From the sequence record OR258281.1: a stretch of DNA of 64,000 bases, one strand, 5' to 3'. Positions 19,052 through 28,664 of this stretch are shown here, in pieces. The translations under genes and the position numbers were made by a program. Position 1 is the stretch's first letter, and every line of letters starts with the position of its first letter. The notes under the pieces are model-generated. The model did not search any database. It was given only the letters and a program-made list of their open reading frames with translations, and had not been told where the DNA came from.

Positions 19052-20531
19052 ACACAATAATCACAAACTAGAACGTAACATTATCCTCGATGCAGATTCT
19101 TATAAAAATGACCATGGCAGAATGCTAAAATATGGTGTTGAGTTTATGGAATCCAGTATCGTACCTCGTAAGCCAAGTAAAACTGCAACTCATGTTGTTG
19201 CTACTGGTCATCAGTACTTAATTAAAGCGTACCTAACACAACGCCTTACTAAAGAAATGATTGATGAAGCACAAGTAGAGATTGAAGAACAGGGTTACGA
19301 ATTCGACCGTGAACGTTGGGAATATATTCTCGATAAGTATGATGGTAAATTGCCACTACTAGTACGTGCTGTACCGGAAGGTACTGTATTACCAGTTGGT
19401 ACTCCAGTAGTACGTATCGTGAATACTGACCGTAAATGTGCATGGTTAGTCAGCTATATTGAAACTATGTTCCAGCGTGGTATTTGGTATGCAACAACTG
19501 TTGCAAGTATTGCTCGTGAACTGAAAGAATTCATGCAGGAAACAATGCTTCGTCATAGTGGTGAATCTTTTGTAGATTATCACCTTCATAACTTCGGTTC
19601 TCGCGGTTGTGATAGCTATGAAGATGATATTACTTCTAGTATGGCTCATGCACTTCTGTTCAATGGTTCAGACAGTATGCAGGCGAACCGTAATATTAAG
19701 TTCTACTACAATACTAATAAAGCATATACTTCATCAGTAATTGCAACTGAACATTCCGTTACCTGTTCAAACAGTAATGCTGCTACACGTGATGATTTCG
19801 CAATGGCTGAAAAAGCTATTCGTCTTCTTGAGCAAGCTGTTATCCGTTTTGAGAAAACCGGTAAAGGTGTACCAATTGTATCAGTAGTAATTGATACATA
19901 TGATGCGTATCGTTTTGTTCGTGAATTTATCGGTACTCGTCTAAGAAATGCACTTATTGAATTAGGTAAACGTGGTGGTCGTTTAGTACTTCGTCCTGAC
20001 AGCGGTAATGCTACAACAATGCCAATCGACATTATTAAAATTGCGATGGAGAAGTTTGGTTATACCATAAATGCACAGGGTTATAAAGTACTTCCATCAT
20101 ACATTGGAGTACTTCAGGGTGATGGCATCAATCAGGAAAGTATTCGTGAAATTGTTGCTAATCTGGATAAAGAACAAATCAGTATTCAGAACCTGTTGTT
20201 TGGTATGGGTGGTAAACTTACTCATCCAGAAGGTGGTCGTGATCATTTCTCATTTGCAATGAAAGCTACTGCTCAGTACTCAAAAGATGATGGCTGGGAA
20301 GACCTGTTCAAAGACCCAATTACTGATGTTGGTAAACGTAGTCTCAAAGGTCGTGTAACTACCTTTAAATGTAATCAGTCCGGTAAGATCTTTGCTGAAC
20401 GTGTAGAACTTCAAGAAGTTAACAAGTTCATTACTGATATGATGGTTGATTGTTATAAAGATGGTGAAGCAATGAATGAAAGTACTTTCGATGAAAGTCG
20501 TGTTCGTGCTAATCATGGCCTAGCGGCATAA
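19047..20531 (+). CDS. nadV: Nicotinamide phosphoribosyltransferase (NAMPT)
   Basis: DADSYK, LHNFGSRG, ATEHS, VIDTYD, RPDSG, QGDGI, FGMGG, KRSLKGR. Confidence 0.95.
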   Translation: MKHNNHKLERNIILDADSYKNDHGRMLKYGVEFMESSIVPRKPSKTATHVVATGHQYLIKAYLTQRLTKEMIDEAQVEIEEQGYEFDRERWEYILDKYDGKLPLLVRAVPEGTVLPVGTPVVRIVNTDRKCAWLVSYIETMFQRGIWYATTVASIARELKEFMQETMLRHSGESFVDYHLHNFGSRGCDSYEDDITSSMAHALLFNGSDSMQANRNIKFYYNTNKAYTSSVIATEHSVTCSNSNAATRDDFAMAEKAIRLLEQAVIRFEKTGKGVPIVSVVIDTYDAYRFVREFIGTRLRNALIELGKRGGRLVLRPDSGNATTMPIDIIKIAMEKFGYTINAQGYKVLPSYIGVLQGDGINQESIREIVANLDKEQISIQNLLFGMGGKLTHPEGGRDHFSFAMKATAQYSKDDGWEDLFKDPITDVGKRSLKGRVTTFKCNQSGKIFAERVELQEVNKFITDMMVDCYKDGEAMNESTFDESRVRANHGLAA

Positions 20532-20538
20532 AATAACA

Positions 20539-20564
20539 AGGGCAGTTCAGTACTGCCCTATTTT
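20539..20564 (+). terminator. Intrinsic terminator
   Basis: AGGGCAGT-TCAGT-ACTGCCCT then ATTTT. Confidence 0.8.
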
Positions 20565-20772
20565 AATTTAGACATAAGGTTTCAATATGATTGGTATTAT
20601 TGCATTTTGGTGTATTACTGCTTATCCGAATATAGGATTATACATGTGTGCTATATTATGTCAGCACAAACAGGCTCTATTCCAAAAGAAATGAAAATCC
20701 CATTAATTTGCATTGCATTATGGTTCTTTTTCTGCTATATTGGCTTTCCAATTTTACTATTTTGCTTATAAT

Positions 20773-21276
20773 ATGACAAACATTTCCGAGATAACCATGG
20801 CTTTGCTAAGGTTTAAGTCCAATAGCAAAAATTGTGTGCCAGAGAATGAGATTAGTTCATTTTCTAGCATTCTTGATAAAAATAAGCATACCAAAGATAG
20901 AGTTAAGAACATGAAGCATTTCAGAAAATCTGATGCTGATTGGGAATATATTGATAAGTGGTATGATAAACGTTTCAGAATTCCGTATAAACCTGCTCAC
21001 ATTAGAGGTAAGTACAAATTAGTTATCATGCAATTTATTGATGATATATGTTATACATACACAATTACCCCAAAGAAATTTGAAATAACTTACGAAAATA
21101 ATAAAACTGATTATATACTTATTTCTAAACATTCTTATCAAGCAATAAGTACTGAAGAGTTGTTTAATATAAGATTAGGGCATAATATTTTGGATGTTAG
21201 TACTGAAAATATTAATAACATCAGAAGTATTATGTGTAAGAAAAAACGTGCAAATTATACTGTAATTTTAAATTAA
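20773..21276 (+). CDS. FN-motif family small protein
   Basis: STEELFNIRLGHNILDVSTENI; likely ATG 20773. Confidence 0.75.
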   Translation: MTNISEITMALLRFKSNSKNCVPENEISSFSSILDKNKHTKDRVKNMKHFRKSDADWEYIDKWYDKRFRIPYKPAHIRGKYKLVIMQFIDDICYTYTITPKKFEITYENNKTDYILISKHSYQAISTEELFNIRLGHNILDVSTENINNIRSIMCKKKRANYTVILN

Positions 21277-21293
21277 TTAAAAAGGTACTAATA

Positions 21294-22451
21294 ATGTCTT
21301 TTAAAATCTCTGATCTTACAAAGAATTCAAAATGGAAACTTACTAAAGAAGTACCATTTTATCCAGTAGTCGGATTTAGTTTTGGTTCATGTGATTACGG
21401 TAATACGGTAAGTAATTCCCCGATTGGCACTGAATTTACTGTGCCTATGAAACGTCAATCTATTGATATTAGTGATCGTGTATGGAACCGAGCTAAAAAA
21501 GAATATGAATTTACTTGGGAAAAGAAAGGAGTATGCTTCGAAATTGTAGTTAATGGTGCTAAGGGTATCGTATTCTTCGATGACATTAAAGATAGTATTG
21601 AAGTACTTGAACAGCCAAAAGATATTGCTTATGTTATTAAAGATACAGCAACTGATACTTATTTCAAAGAAACTATCTTTATGGGATGGCGGTATTATAA
21701 TGAAGATGAACCACAGAAGATTGAACTTGACAATGATTACATTGCTAAATTGAAAAGTTCTGAGAGTGTACAAAATGTTGATGGAGTAAACCTATTGTTT
21801 TCAAATACTCCATTATCAGGAAAAGTACTTAAGACTTTAGCACAAGCTAAACAGAAACTGATGGTTATCTGTGGTTATTATAACAACTCCAATGCTGATA
21901 TGCTACATTGCCACGCACCTCTTTCTTCTATTCCTAAAACTTGGGTACTTGTTGCTTATGATCGTACTTCTAAAACCGAAGAAGTACTTGATGTTAATTG
22001 TACTGAGTTTATTAAACATGCTTTTGAATTGCAGAAACTGACTACTAACTATGGATCAGCCGTTCGTGATTTATACAGTAAGTTAGAGAAAAAAGGTGAA
22101 CTTGAAAAGTACAAGCATTTTTTAATCTTCACCCCTGGTGATTTGAAACAGAAAGCACTTTCTGAGTACTTACATACCGACAATCCATTGATTGAAGATT
22201 GTTCTGAAGAAATGGCTTATTATGGCGATCAAGATTTACCAGGCCGTTATCAGATCAAGAAAGAAGAAGTAAAAACTGTTAAAGAATTAGTACATAAAGA
22301 TATGAAAAAGTCTTTCAAGTACGATAGTATTTGTGTTGCTATTGAAGATAAAATTGAAGCAACTGAACTAACATTTACATACTACGGTAATCTTTCAAGT
22401 ACCTTAATTGATATGAGTACGTTGACTGAAATCGTAGTACCCAAGAAATAA
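21294..22451 (+). CDS. Hypothetical protein
   Basis: 385 aa, AAGG SD. Confidence 0.85.
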   Translation: MSFKISDLTKNSKWKLTKEVPFYPVVGFSFGSCDYGNTVSNSPIGTEFTVPMKRQSIDISDRVWNRAKKEYEFTWEKKGVCFEIVVNGAKGIVFFDDIKDSIEVLEQPKDIAYVIKDTATDTYFKETIFMGWRYYNEDEPQKIELDNDYIAKLKSSESVQNVDGVNLLFSNTPLSGKVLKTLAQAKQKLMVICGYYNNSNADMLHCHAPLSSIPKTWVLVAYDRTSKTEEVLDVNCTEFIKHAFELQKLTTNYGSAVRDLYSKLEKKGELEKYKHFLIFTPGDLKQKALSEYLHTDNPLIEDCSEEMAYYGDQDLPGRYQIKKEEVKTVKELVHKDMKKSFKYDSICVAIEDKIEATELTFTYYGNLSSTLIDMSTLTEIVVPKK

Positions 22452-22512
22452 TGTTATGTATTGAAGTACTACTGCTATGGTATGTAGTACTTCCTTTATT
22501 GTGGAGTATAAT

Positions 22513-23070
22513 ATGGCGTATCTTTTAGCTAATTTAAGTGCTGATGTTATAATTAAAGGTTTAGCTAATCATAAGAGACGTTCTTTTTCTAACAGGGACA
22601 GAAAAGAAAGTGATTTGATTGAATTTCAGAACATGGGTATTTCCAGATACAATAACAAACAGTTTCAGAAAATCTATAGACATTTTGGTTCTCATGATAA
22701 AGCAGCAACTTACTATAATAAACATAATGCATGGTTCAGAAACAAACATTATAAGCTAAACATGGGTACTGACAAATATCAATTTCATATAGTTGATATT
22801 TTCGATAAAAAAGCGATTTACTACACCTTTACGGCTAAGTACTTTGAAATAGTATTGAGTGAAGATAGTAAAAGTGAAGAAGAATGCTTAATTCGAATCG
22901 ATAATTATAACGATATAGATATGGATTTATTGTTTAACTTATCATTAATGCATGATGTTATTCTATTCAAACCACAAGACATTATTACAGTAAAGAAAAT
23001 TTTGGAACAAAAGCCAAAAGGAATCTATACTATCTGTAGTACACAAAAATGTGTTGACCCTTGGGATTAA
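22513..23070 (+). CDS. FN-motif family small protein
   Basis: DMDLLFNLSLMHDVILFKPQDI; ATG 22513 with GGAG SD. Confidence 0.75.
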   Translation: MAYLLANLSADVIIKGLANHKRRSFSNRDRKESDLIEFQNMGISRYNNKQFQKIYRHFGSHDKAATYYNKHNAWFRNKHYKLNMGTDKYQFHIVDIFDKKAIYYTFTAKYFEIVLSEDSKSEEECLIRIDNYNDIDMDLLFNLSLMHDVILFKPQDIITVKKILEQKPKGIYTICSTQKCVDPWD

Positions 23071-23071
23071 A

Positions 23072-23488
23072 ATGAACTTACTTAAAGATTACATTACAAA
23101 AATCATTGATGTTTATAAGAATAATTCAAGTACTAATATTATTCGTAACACTGATAAAAAAAGCAAACAAAATATATTAAGTACCTTACATATAAGTACG
23201 TTCTATTATCCATATATTGTTAAAATTGATTTTCATAATTCTAATAGTATGGTTATTATTAAGTCAGATAAAGTTACTATTTCAAATTCATTGATGGATG
23301 AAGTACTAGTCGAAGATGATTCTGATATTTTTAACCTTTCATTAGAACGGACTGTACCTGAGATTAATTTTGAAATTATCAATTCAATCAGGGAAAATAT
23401 GAAAGACTTTTCATGTGATTCATTAATTGATATTGCGATTTGTTTGGATATTGAATATTACACTGAAGATAAAGTAGAGGTAAATTAA
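23072..23488 (+). CDS. FN-motif family small protein
   Basis: DDSDIFNLSLERTVPEINFEII. Confidence 0.75.
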   Translation: MNLLKDYITKIIDVYKNNSSTNIIRNTDKKSKQNILSTLHISTFYYPYIVKIDFHNSNSMVIIKSDKVTISNSLMDEVLVEDDSDIFNLSLERTVPEINFEIINSIRENMKDFSCDSLIDIAICLDIEYYTEDKVEVN

Positions 23489-23815
23489 ATGCAAATGTTT
23501 ATTCCTTCAATTGGCACTGAGATAGTACTGACAAAAGATTGGAAATTTAAATTATTTTTTGAGCACCGTAACGATTCTCTAGTTGAGTACTTTAAGCTAA
23601 CAGCCCCAAGTGGTTCCCGTTATATATGGGATGAGTATGAAGAAGTAACATTACCTGAAGGTACTGAAATTAAAATCGACCGTCTTTATATTAAGAAAGG
23701 TAATTCATGTTATGATAGTGTTAGTGTGTATGCCAAAATCCCCGGAGAAAAGAGAAAACGACGTTTTTGGGTTAAGTTGCATGATTTTAATACAATTATT
23801 TGCGATGTAATTTAA
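23489..23815 (+). CDS. Hypothetical protein
   Basis: 108 aa, GAGG SD. Confidence 0.8.
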   Translation: MQMFIPSIGTEIVLTKDWKFKLFFEHRNDSLVEYFKLTAPSGSRYIWDEYEEVTLPEGTEIKIDRLYIKKGNSCYDSVSVYAKIPGEKRKRRFWVKLHDFNTIICDVI

Positions 23816-24234
23816 TGAAATTCAAAGAAGTACTTCATATTCTTCATAAAATAAAAAAGAACGGTAAATCCTATTTTCGAAATTCATATGATGAAGATGA
23901 TACTATATTTCCACGTGGATATTCATTAGTAAATCAAAATTCTTTGGGACCAAGAAAGTTCTATCTTGAAATACTTGAAAGTCATTCATCAGGATTCATT
24001 ATAACTAATAAGTACATTAAGTACTTGAATAAAGATACAGTAGCTTTTGATAGCACTACAATGAACGATGAAGATTACTTCAACTTGATGTTAATTAAGC
24101 CAGATATTCTATCACTGGACGAAGTTAAATACATTCAGAAGTACGCACGTTCATTTAAACCAAAATTTTATTATGTTACCTATACTTTTTTAATGGGACA
24201 GAAGTTTTGTGATTTGCTAAAGCAGGAATATTAA
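23815..24234 (+). CDS. FN-motif family small protein
   Basis: NDEDYFNLMLIKPDILSLDEV. Confidence 0.75.
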   Translation: MKFKEVLHILHKIKKNGKSYFRNSYDEDDTIFPRGYSLVNQNSLGPRKFYLEILESHSSGFIITNKYIKYLNKDTVAFDSTTMNDEDYFNLMLIKPDILSLDEVKYIQKYARSFKPKFYYVTYTFLMGQKFCDLLKQEY

Positions 24235-24236
24235 TT

Positions 24237-24536
24237 ATGGCACTGGATTTAGAAAAGAAAGAAGATCAGAAAAAGAAAGAATCAGTAAAAGAAAAAGTAG
24301 TAGATGTTCTGGATGATGTTGCAGATGTATTGCCTATTCCACTACCTATTAACGTAGATACAGAATTATGTAATAATCCATTAGTACCAGTTGATGAATC
24401 ATTGCTTTCTGGTGTTACTGAAACTCTAGGTGACGCATTAGATGCAGTTGGTGACGCACTTGGTACAATTGGTGAGGTTATCGGTGATGTTGGTGAAGCA
24501 CTTGGTGACTTTCTTGGGTCGTTAGGAGATCTCTAA
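24237..24536 (+). CDS. Acidic low-complexity protein with (V/L/I)G(D/E) repeats
   Basis: C-terminal LGDALDAVGDALGTIGEVIGDVGEALGDFLGSLGDL. Confidence 0.7.
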   Translation: MALDLEKKEDQKKKESVKEKVVDVLDDVADVLPIPLPINVDTELCNNPLVPVDESLLSGVTETLGDALDAVGDALGTIGEVIGDVGEALGDFLGSLGDL

Positions 24537-24553
24537 TTACTTGGTAATTAAAA

Positions 24554-24874
24554 ATGTATAAGTTATTTCTGGATGATGACCGTTGTCCGGTAAAAGTATA
24601 CGGAAGCGATGAGTATATTATTGCCCGTAGTTACGATGAAGCCGTACAGATAGTACTTGAACGTGGTATCCCTGAGTTTGTTGGGTTTGACCATGATTTA
24701 GGTGATACTGTATTTGTTCCTGAAAAGAATGGGTACTTGTTTGCTAAGTACTTAATTGATTATATGCTGGACAATAATATTAAAGTTCCTTTCAGGTTTA
24801 ATGTTCATAGTGCGAATCCCGAAGGAGCAAAAAATATTACTTTGTTCCTTCAAAATGGATTCAAACATTTATGA
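24554..24874 (+). CDS. Cyclic-phosphate-processing receiver-like domain protein
   Basis: LFLDDDR, FDHDLG, NGY, HSANPEG motifs. Confidence 0.7.
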   Translation: MYKLFLDDDRCPVKVYGSDEYIIARSYDEAVQIVLERGIPEFVGFDHDLGDTVFVPEKNGYLFAKYLIDYMLDNNIKVPFRFNVHSANPEGAKNITLFLQNGFKHL

Positions 24875-25170
24875 ATTTAGACAGAATAAGTTTACAAAAC
24901 TTCTTCTATGTTGAAAAACTTGATCAGCTAATTCCGTTTTATAATGGTAAAAATACGGAATTAGCTCTCAATGTGCATCTACAAGATAAGATAGTAGAAT
25001 TAGTACTAAGGTCTAACCATAGTGGCGATATACTTCCTATCAGAACCGAGTTTGACATAGCAGCACTAAAAGGTGACCAAATAGTAATCCGTACTATTGA
25101 ACGCCTCGTGTCCTACCTGGAATCACAAGGAGTGATTTCGGTTAAAATAATGCCGTTTTACATTGAATAA
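24871..25170 (+). CDS. Hypothetical protein
   Basis: 99 aa, ATGA overlap. Confidence 0.7.
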   Translation: MNLDRISLQNFFYVEKLDQLIPFYNGKNTELALNVHLQDKIVELVLRSNHSGDILPIRTEFDIAALKGDQIVIRTIERLVSYLESQGVISVKIMPFYIE

Positions 25171-25211
25171 ATATTTTTGTAATCAAAACGGTTTATACCC
25201 CAATAATAAGG

Positions 25212-26552
25212 ATGTTTATGAAAAAATACGTACTTGACACCAATGTTCTAATTTCGGACCCAACCTCCATTTTTAACTTCGAAGACAATCAGGTTATCAT
25301 TCCTTTCCCTGCTCTTGAAGAATTAGATCACATTAAATCCAAGGGGCTAGACGTATCACGTGATGCTCGTCTTGCTATTCGTAATATTGCTGAAGTTATC
25401 AGTGACAGTACATATGAGGAACTATCTGAAACTGGTATTAACCTCTCAGAAATCCGTAAGAGTGTAAGTACCGCTGGTACTCTACTTGTAGTACAATATA
25501 AAGGCGATTTAGTATTCGACCTAGCACATCAGGACGATAAAATCATTGCAATCGCTATGCAGGAAGATGCAGTACTTGTAACACGTGATATTAACATGCG
25601 TATCAAGGCACTAAGTCAGGGCTGCAAAGTACAAGATTATCAACACGACCATACTCTTTCTGATGCGGATCTAATCCATGTTGGTCATAGTAAAGTACAG
25701 AATGATTTCTGGAATACATTAAGCAGTATCACTTATGATAAAGAGACTGCAATTATTCCACTACAGGATTTTCCTGAAGATTGTAAACTGTATAAAAATG
25801 ACTTTCTTTATAATGACGAAGGAATTGTTGGTAAAGTACTTAACACCTATAACGGTCATGCTTATATTAAACCTCTTACTGACAAAACAGTAATGAATAA
25901 GAAAGCATGGGGTATTACACCTAACGACATTTATCAGGGTATGGTATTCAACTCCCTAATGAATGAAGATATTGATATTAATATCCTATTAGGACCAGCA
26001 GGTACTGGTAAGACGTTTATTACTCTTGCTGCTGCACTGGAACTTACAGTAGAAAAACATCTTTACAAGCGTATTATCTTTACACGTAGTATGGATTCAC
26101 AGTTTGAAGAAATCGGTTTCCTACCTGGTACTGAGTACGAGAAAATGGCTCCATGGGTAGGCGGTGCATTCGACAGCTTAGAACAGCTACATAAGAAAGA
26201 TGCAAAAGGTCCAGAAGAAAGTATTAAGTACTTACTGGAAAAGAACTATATCATGTTTAAAGCACTTAACTTTATTCGTGGTCGTAGTTTCAACGATACG
26301 ATCCTGATCATCGATGAAGCACAGAACCTTACTGCCTCACAGATGAAAACCATCATCACACGCTGTGGTGAGAACTGTAAGATTGTCCTCATGGGTAACC
26401 TTGCTCAGATCGATAACCGCTTTGTAACCCCTACAAACAGCGGCCTGACTTACGTAGCTGAGAAGCTAAAAGATTGGGAGCACTCATCTGTTGTACAGCT
26501 ACAGAACATCCACCGTTCACGTCTGGCTGAATACGCAGAGACAAATCTATAA
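25212..26552 (+). CDS. phoH: PIN-domain plus PhoH-family ATPase (PhoH2/YlaK type)
   Basis: YVLDTNVL and VTRDINMRIKA PIN motifs; GPAGTGKT, IRGRS, IIDEAQN, GNLAQID. Confidence 0.93.
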   Translation: MFMKKYVLDTNVLISDPTSIFNFEDNQVIIPFPALEELDHIKSKGLDVSRDARLAIRNIAEVISDSTYEELSETGINLSEIRKSVSTAGTLLVVQYKGDLVFDLAHQDDKIIAIAMQEDAVLVTRDINMRIKALSQGCKVQDYQHDHTLSDADLIHVGHSKVQNDFWNTLSSITYDKETAIIPLQDFPEDCKLYKNDFLYNDEGIVGKVLNTYNGHAYIKPLTDKTVMNKKAWGITPNDIYQGMVFNSLMNEDIDINILLGPAGTGKTFITLAAALELTVEKHLYKRIIFTRSMDSQFEEIGFLPGTEYEKMAPWVGGAFDSLEQLHKKDAKGPEESIKYLLEKNYIMFKALNFIRGRSFNDTILIIDEAQNLTASQMKTIITRCGENCKIVLMGNLAQIDNRFVTPTNSGLTYVAEKLKDWEHSSVVQLQNIHRSRLAEYAETNL

Positions 26553-26556
26553 AAAT

Positions 26557-26578
26557 AATGCCCCGAAAGGGGCATTTT
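26557..26578 (+). terminator. Intrinsic terminator (GAAA tetraloop)
   Basis: AATGCCCC-GAAA-GGGGCATT then TT. Confidence 0.85.
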
Positions 26579-26593
26579 ACATGGAAGAATAAT

Positions 26594-27022
26594 ATGATAA
26601 CAGCAGAATCATTTAAGAAAAAGATTAAAGAACGCGAAGATAAACTACGCAATGATATTGACGTACTTGTTCAGAATGCTCTTAAACATGAACTCGATAA
26701 AGATCACGTTTCAGTACCATTTACATTGACAATCAAAACAGATGCAGATAATACTGATATTGTAAAACAAGTACTTAATACTTGCGGATTTAACAGTAAT
26801 GTAGTACCGTCAGTAGAAGGTGTTATAACTGTTGAAGTAATGTTCCTTGATGTTAAAGGTACTGATGATTTTGAGGAAAAATACCGTAATGAACTCTTCC
26901 TTAAGTTGAGACAGACTTCTATTGGTAACGATAACAACCCAATGATTACTATGTATCCAAGTCATCATAGCATATATCAGAATTATACCAATACTGGAGG
27001 CTGTAATTCATCCGGTATTTGA
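26594..27022 (+). CDS. Hypothetical protein
   Basis: Start moved past the terminator to ATG 26594; 142 aa. Confidence 0.7.
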   Translation: MITAESFKKKIKEREDKLRNDIDVLVQNALKHELDKDHVSVPFTLTIKTDADNTDIVKQVLNTCGFNSNVVPSVEGVITVEVMFLDVKGTDDFEEKYRNELFLKLRQTSIGNDNNPMITMYPSHHSIYQNYTNTGGCNSSGI

Positions 27023-27023
27023 T

Positions 27024-27305
27024 ATGTATTTTGACGTTTTAAGTACTATATACAATAAACGTAAAGTACATTTAAGCAAGCATAAAATTTGCATACAGTT
27101 TTATTCCCCGGTATCACATAAGACCGTACAAAATTTAATCACCCATGATTTTCTTAGTAAAAAGTTTTCATTCTCTCTTGATTTTGACCATATGGGTGCG
27201 TATTATCATTACCACCTTGAGGATGATATAGACTTGGTAAGGTGTGATTACACCTTAGACTGGATTGATCTTGAGATTGCATTAAAAAATCCTGAAACGA
27301 TGTAG
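27024..27305 (+). CDS. Hypothetical protein
   Basis: 93 aa. Confidence 0.65.
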   Translation: MYFDVLSTIYNKRKVHLSKHKICIQFYSPVSHKTVQNLITHDFLSKKFSFSLDFDHMGAYYHYHLEDDIDLVRCDYTLDWIDLEIALKNPETM

Positions 27306-27322
27306 ATAAATGTCCTATACTA
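27293..27322 (+). promoter_or_regulatory. Phage promoter (copy 4)
   Basis: TGAAACG 27293-27299, N16, TATACT 27316-27321. Confidence 0.8.
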
Positions 27323-27355
27323 CAGGTGTCAGAAATAAAACGTTAACCTAAAAAA

Positions 27356-27622
27356 GTGAGTATTAAGATGGCTAAAGAAGTTAAAGACGAAGTACAATCC
27401 CTACGTAAAGACAAACTGAGCAAAGCTGAACAGCTTTCAGAACTGAAAGAACTTCGCCGCAAAGGTGTTCTTTCACGTCAGTTGTTCCGTCTACTGACTT
27501 GGGACAAAGGTCTTCAGGGTAGTACTAAAGGTTCACCGGAAATTACTACCTACTCGTTCGATAAAGATAATGAAGTAGGTAAAGTAGTAGTTTCTAAAGT
27601 TGGACTTTGGAAACGTATTTAA
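27356..27622 (+). CDS. Small basic protein in its own transcription unit
   Basis: 88 aa (or from ATG 27368); flanked by promoter copy 4 and a terminator. Confidence 0.75.
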   Translation: MSIKMAKEVKDEVQSLRKDKLSKAEQLSELKELRRKGVLSRQLFRLLTWDKGLQGSTKGSPEITTYSFDKDNEVGKVVVSKVGLWKRI

Positions 27623-27705
27623 CAAACCATTGTTTCGAAGAACAATAAATAGTTGTACAATAATAAAGCTCTACGCGACTCCATGTTGTTCTTCGTGAAT
27701 ATTTT

Positions 27706-27732
27706 AAGGCATTCTATATGAATGCCTTTTTT
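27706..27732 (+). terminator. Intrinsic terminator
   Basis: AAGGCATTC-TATAT-GAATGCCTT then T run. Confidence 0.8.
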
Positions 27733-27751
27733 CTTTTCTGGAATCGGTAAA

Positions 27752-28429
27752 ATGAAGCTCAAGAAAGATGATTATCAGTACTTCATAAAAAGAACTCAGC
27801 ACGCATTTGGTAATAATGATACAGTTACTGGAAAGAGATTAAGTCAAAAATTTAATAGGTACTGTATTGTATATGGTTCATTGATTGAGGGGTCAATTGG
27901 GCTTAACGTGGAAGTAAAAGATATTGATGTAATGGTTTTACATAATGAAAAACCGTTAACTTCTCCTTCTTCTCCAGTACCATATGAATTACAGTACGTA
28001 ACATTAGATGATATTATTCATGAAATTCATAATGAACCTAAAATGTTACTGGTTAAAAGTAATTTAGATATTGAACCATACTTCGACCGTTCATTAGTAC
28101 GTTCATCAGTAAGTAATGTTTGTAGTAAAGCCTACAATAAAGGTAAGAAGAAACTTATCGTAGCAGATGATTATGATGAGTACCTTGGGTTGAAGAACCT
28201 TTATCATGCAATGAAGTTTCCGTACTTCGCTAAATGGAAATTCATTGATAACAATACATACCCACAAGAAGATATTGACTTCTTAAATGATACCAGAAAT
28301 AAAATATTCAGTTCTTATAAAGAAAGTACCGGTACGTTGGAAGAACGATTTGAAGCTGTAAATTCATGGCTTAAACCTCTTTTTAATTCCGTAATGACAG
28401 ATTTCCGTAAAAACTTCCCAAAGGAATAA
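27752..28429 (+). CDS. Pol-beta superfamily nucleotidyltransferase
   Basis: VYGS...KDIDV catalytic motif; helical C-terminus KNLYHAMK; start moved to ATG 27752. Confidence 0.65.
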   Translation: MKLKKDDYQYFIKRTQHAFGNNDTVTGKRLSQKFNRYCIVYGSLIEGSIGLNVEVKDIDVMVLHNEKPLTSPSSPVPYELQYVTLDDIIHEIHNEPKMLLVKSNLDIEPYFDRSLVRSSVSNVCSKAYNKGKKKLIVADDYDEYLGLKNLYHAMKFPYFAKWKFIDNNTYPQEDIDFLNDTRNKIFSSYKESTGTLEERFEAVNSWLKPLFNSVMTDFRKNFPKE

Positions 28430-28433
28430 TTAT

Positions 28434-28664
28434 ATGTTCTTTACTATTGTTGGTGTAATTGTAGTACTGATTATCTGCGTATATTGCCTGTTATTGGGAG
28501 TAACAATGTTTCTTGGTAATCTAGCATTAAGTAACAAGGGCGGTGAAATGTGGTTCGGGTTAGTACTGATTGTATCTAGTCTGTTCATAGGTTACGAGAC
28601 TATTCATAATAGTTTTAATATCAGTTTTTCAATGCAAACTACGGAAAGTTCTGGTACTAAATAA
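28434..28664 (+). CDS. Two-TM membrane protein
   Basis: Two long hydrophobic segments in 76 aa. Confidence 0.7.
   Translation: MFFTIVGVIVVLIICVYCLLLGVTMFLGNLALSNKGGEMWFGLVLIVSSLFIGYETIHNSFNISFSMQTTESSGTK

Noticed and set aside
20587-20771. Frameshifted membrane gene from two short overlapping hydrophobic ORFs (20587-20694, 20658-20771)
   Set aside because: No slippery run or homologue in the window supports fusion; they may be two small peptides or noise.
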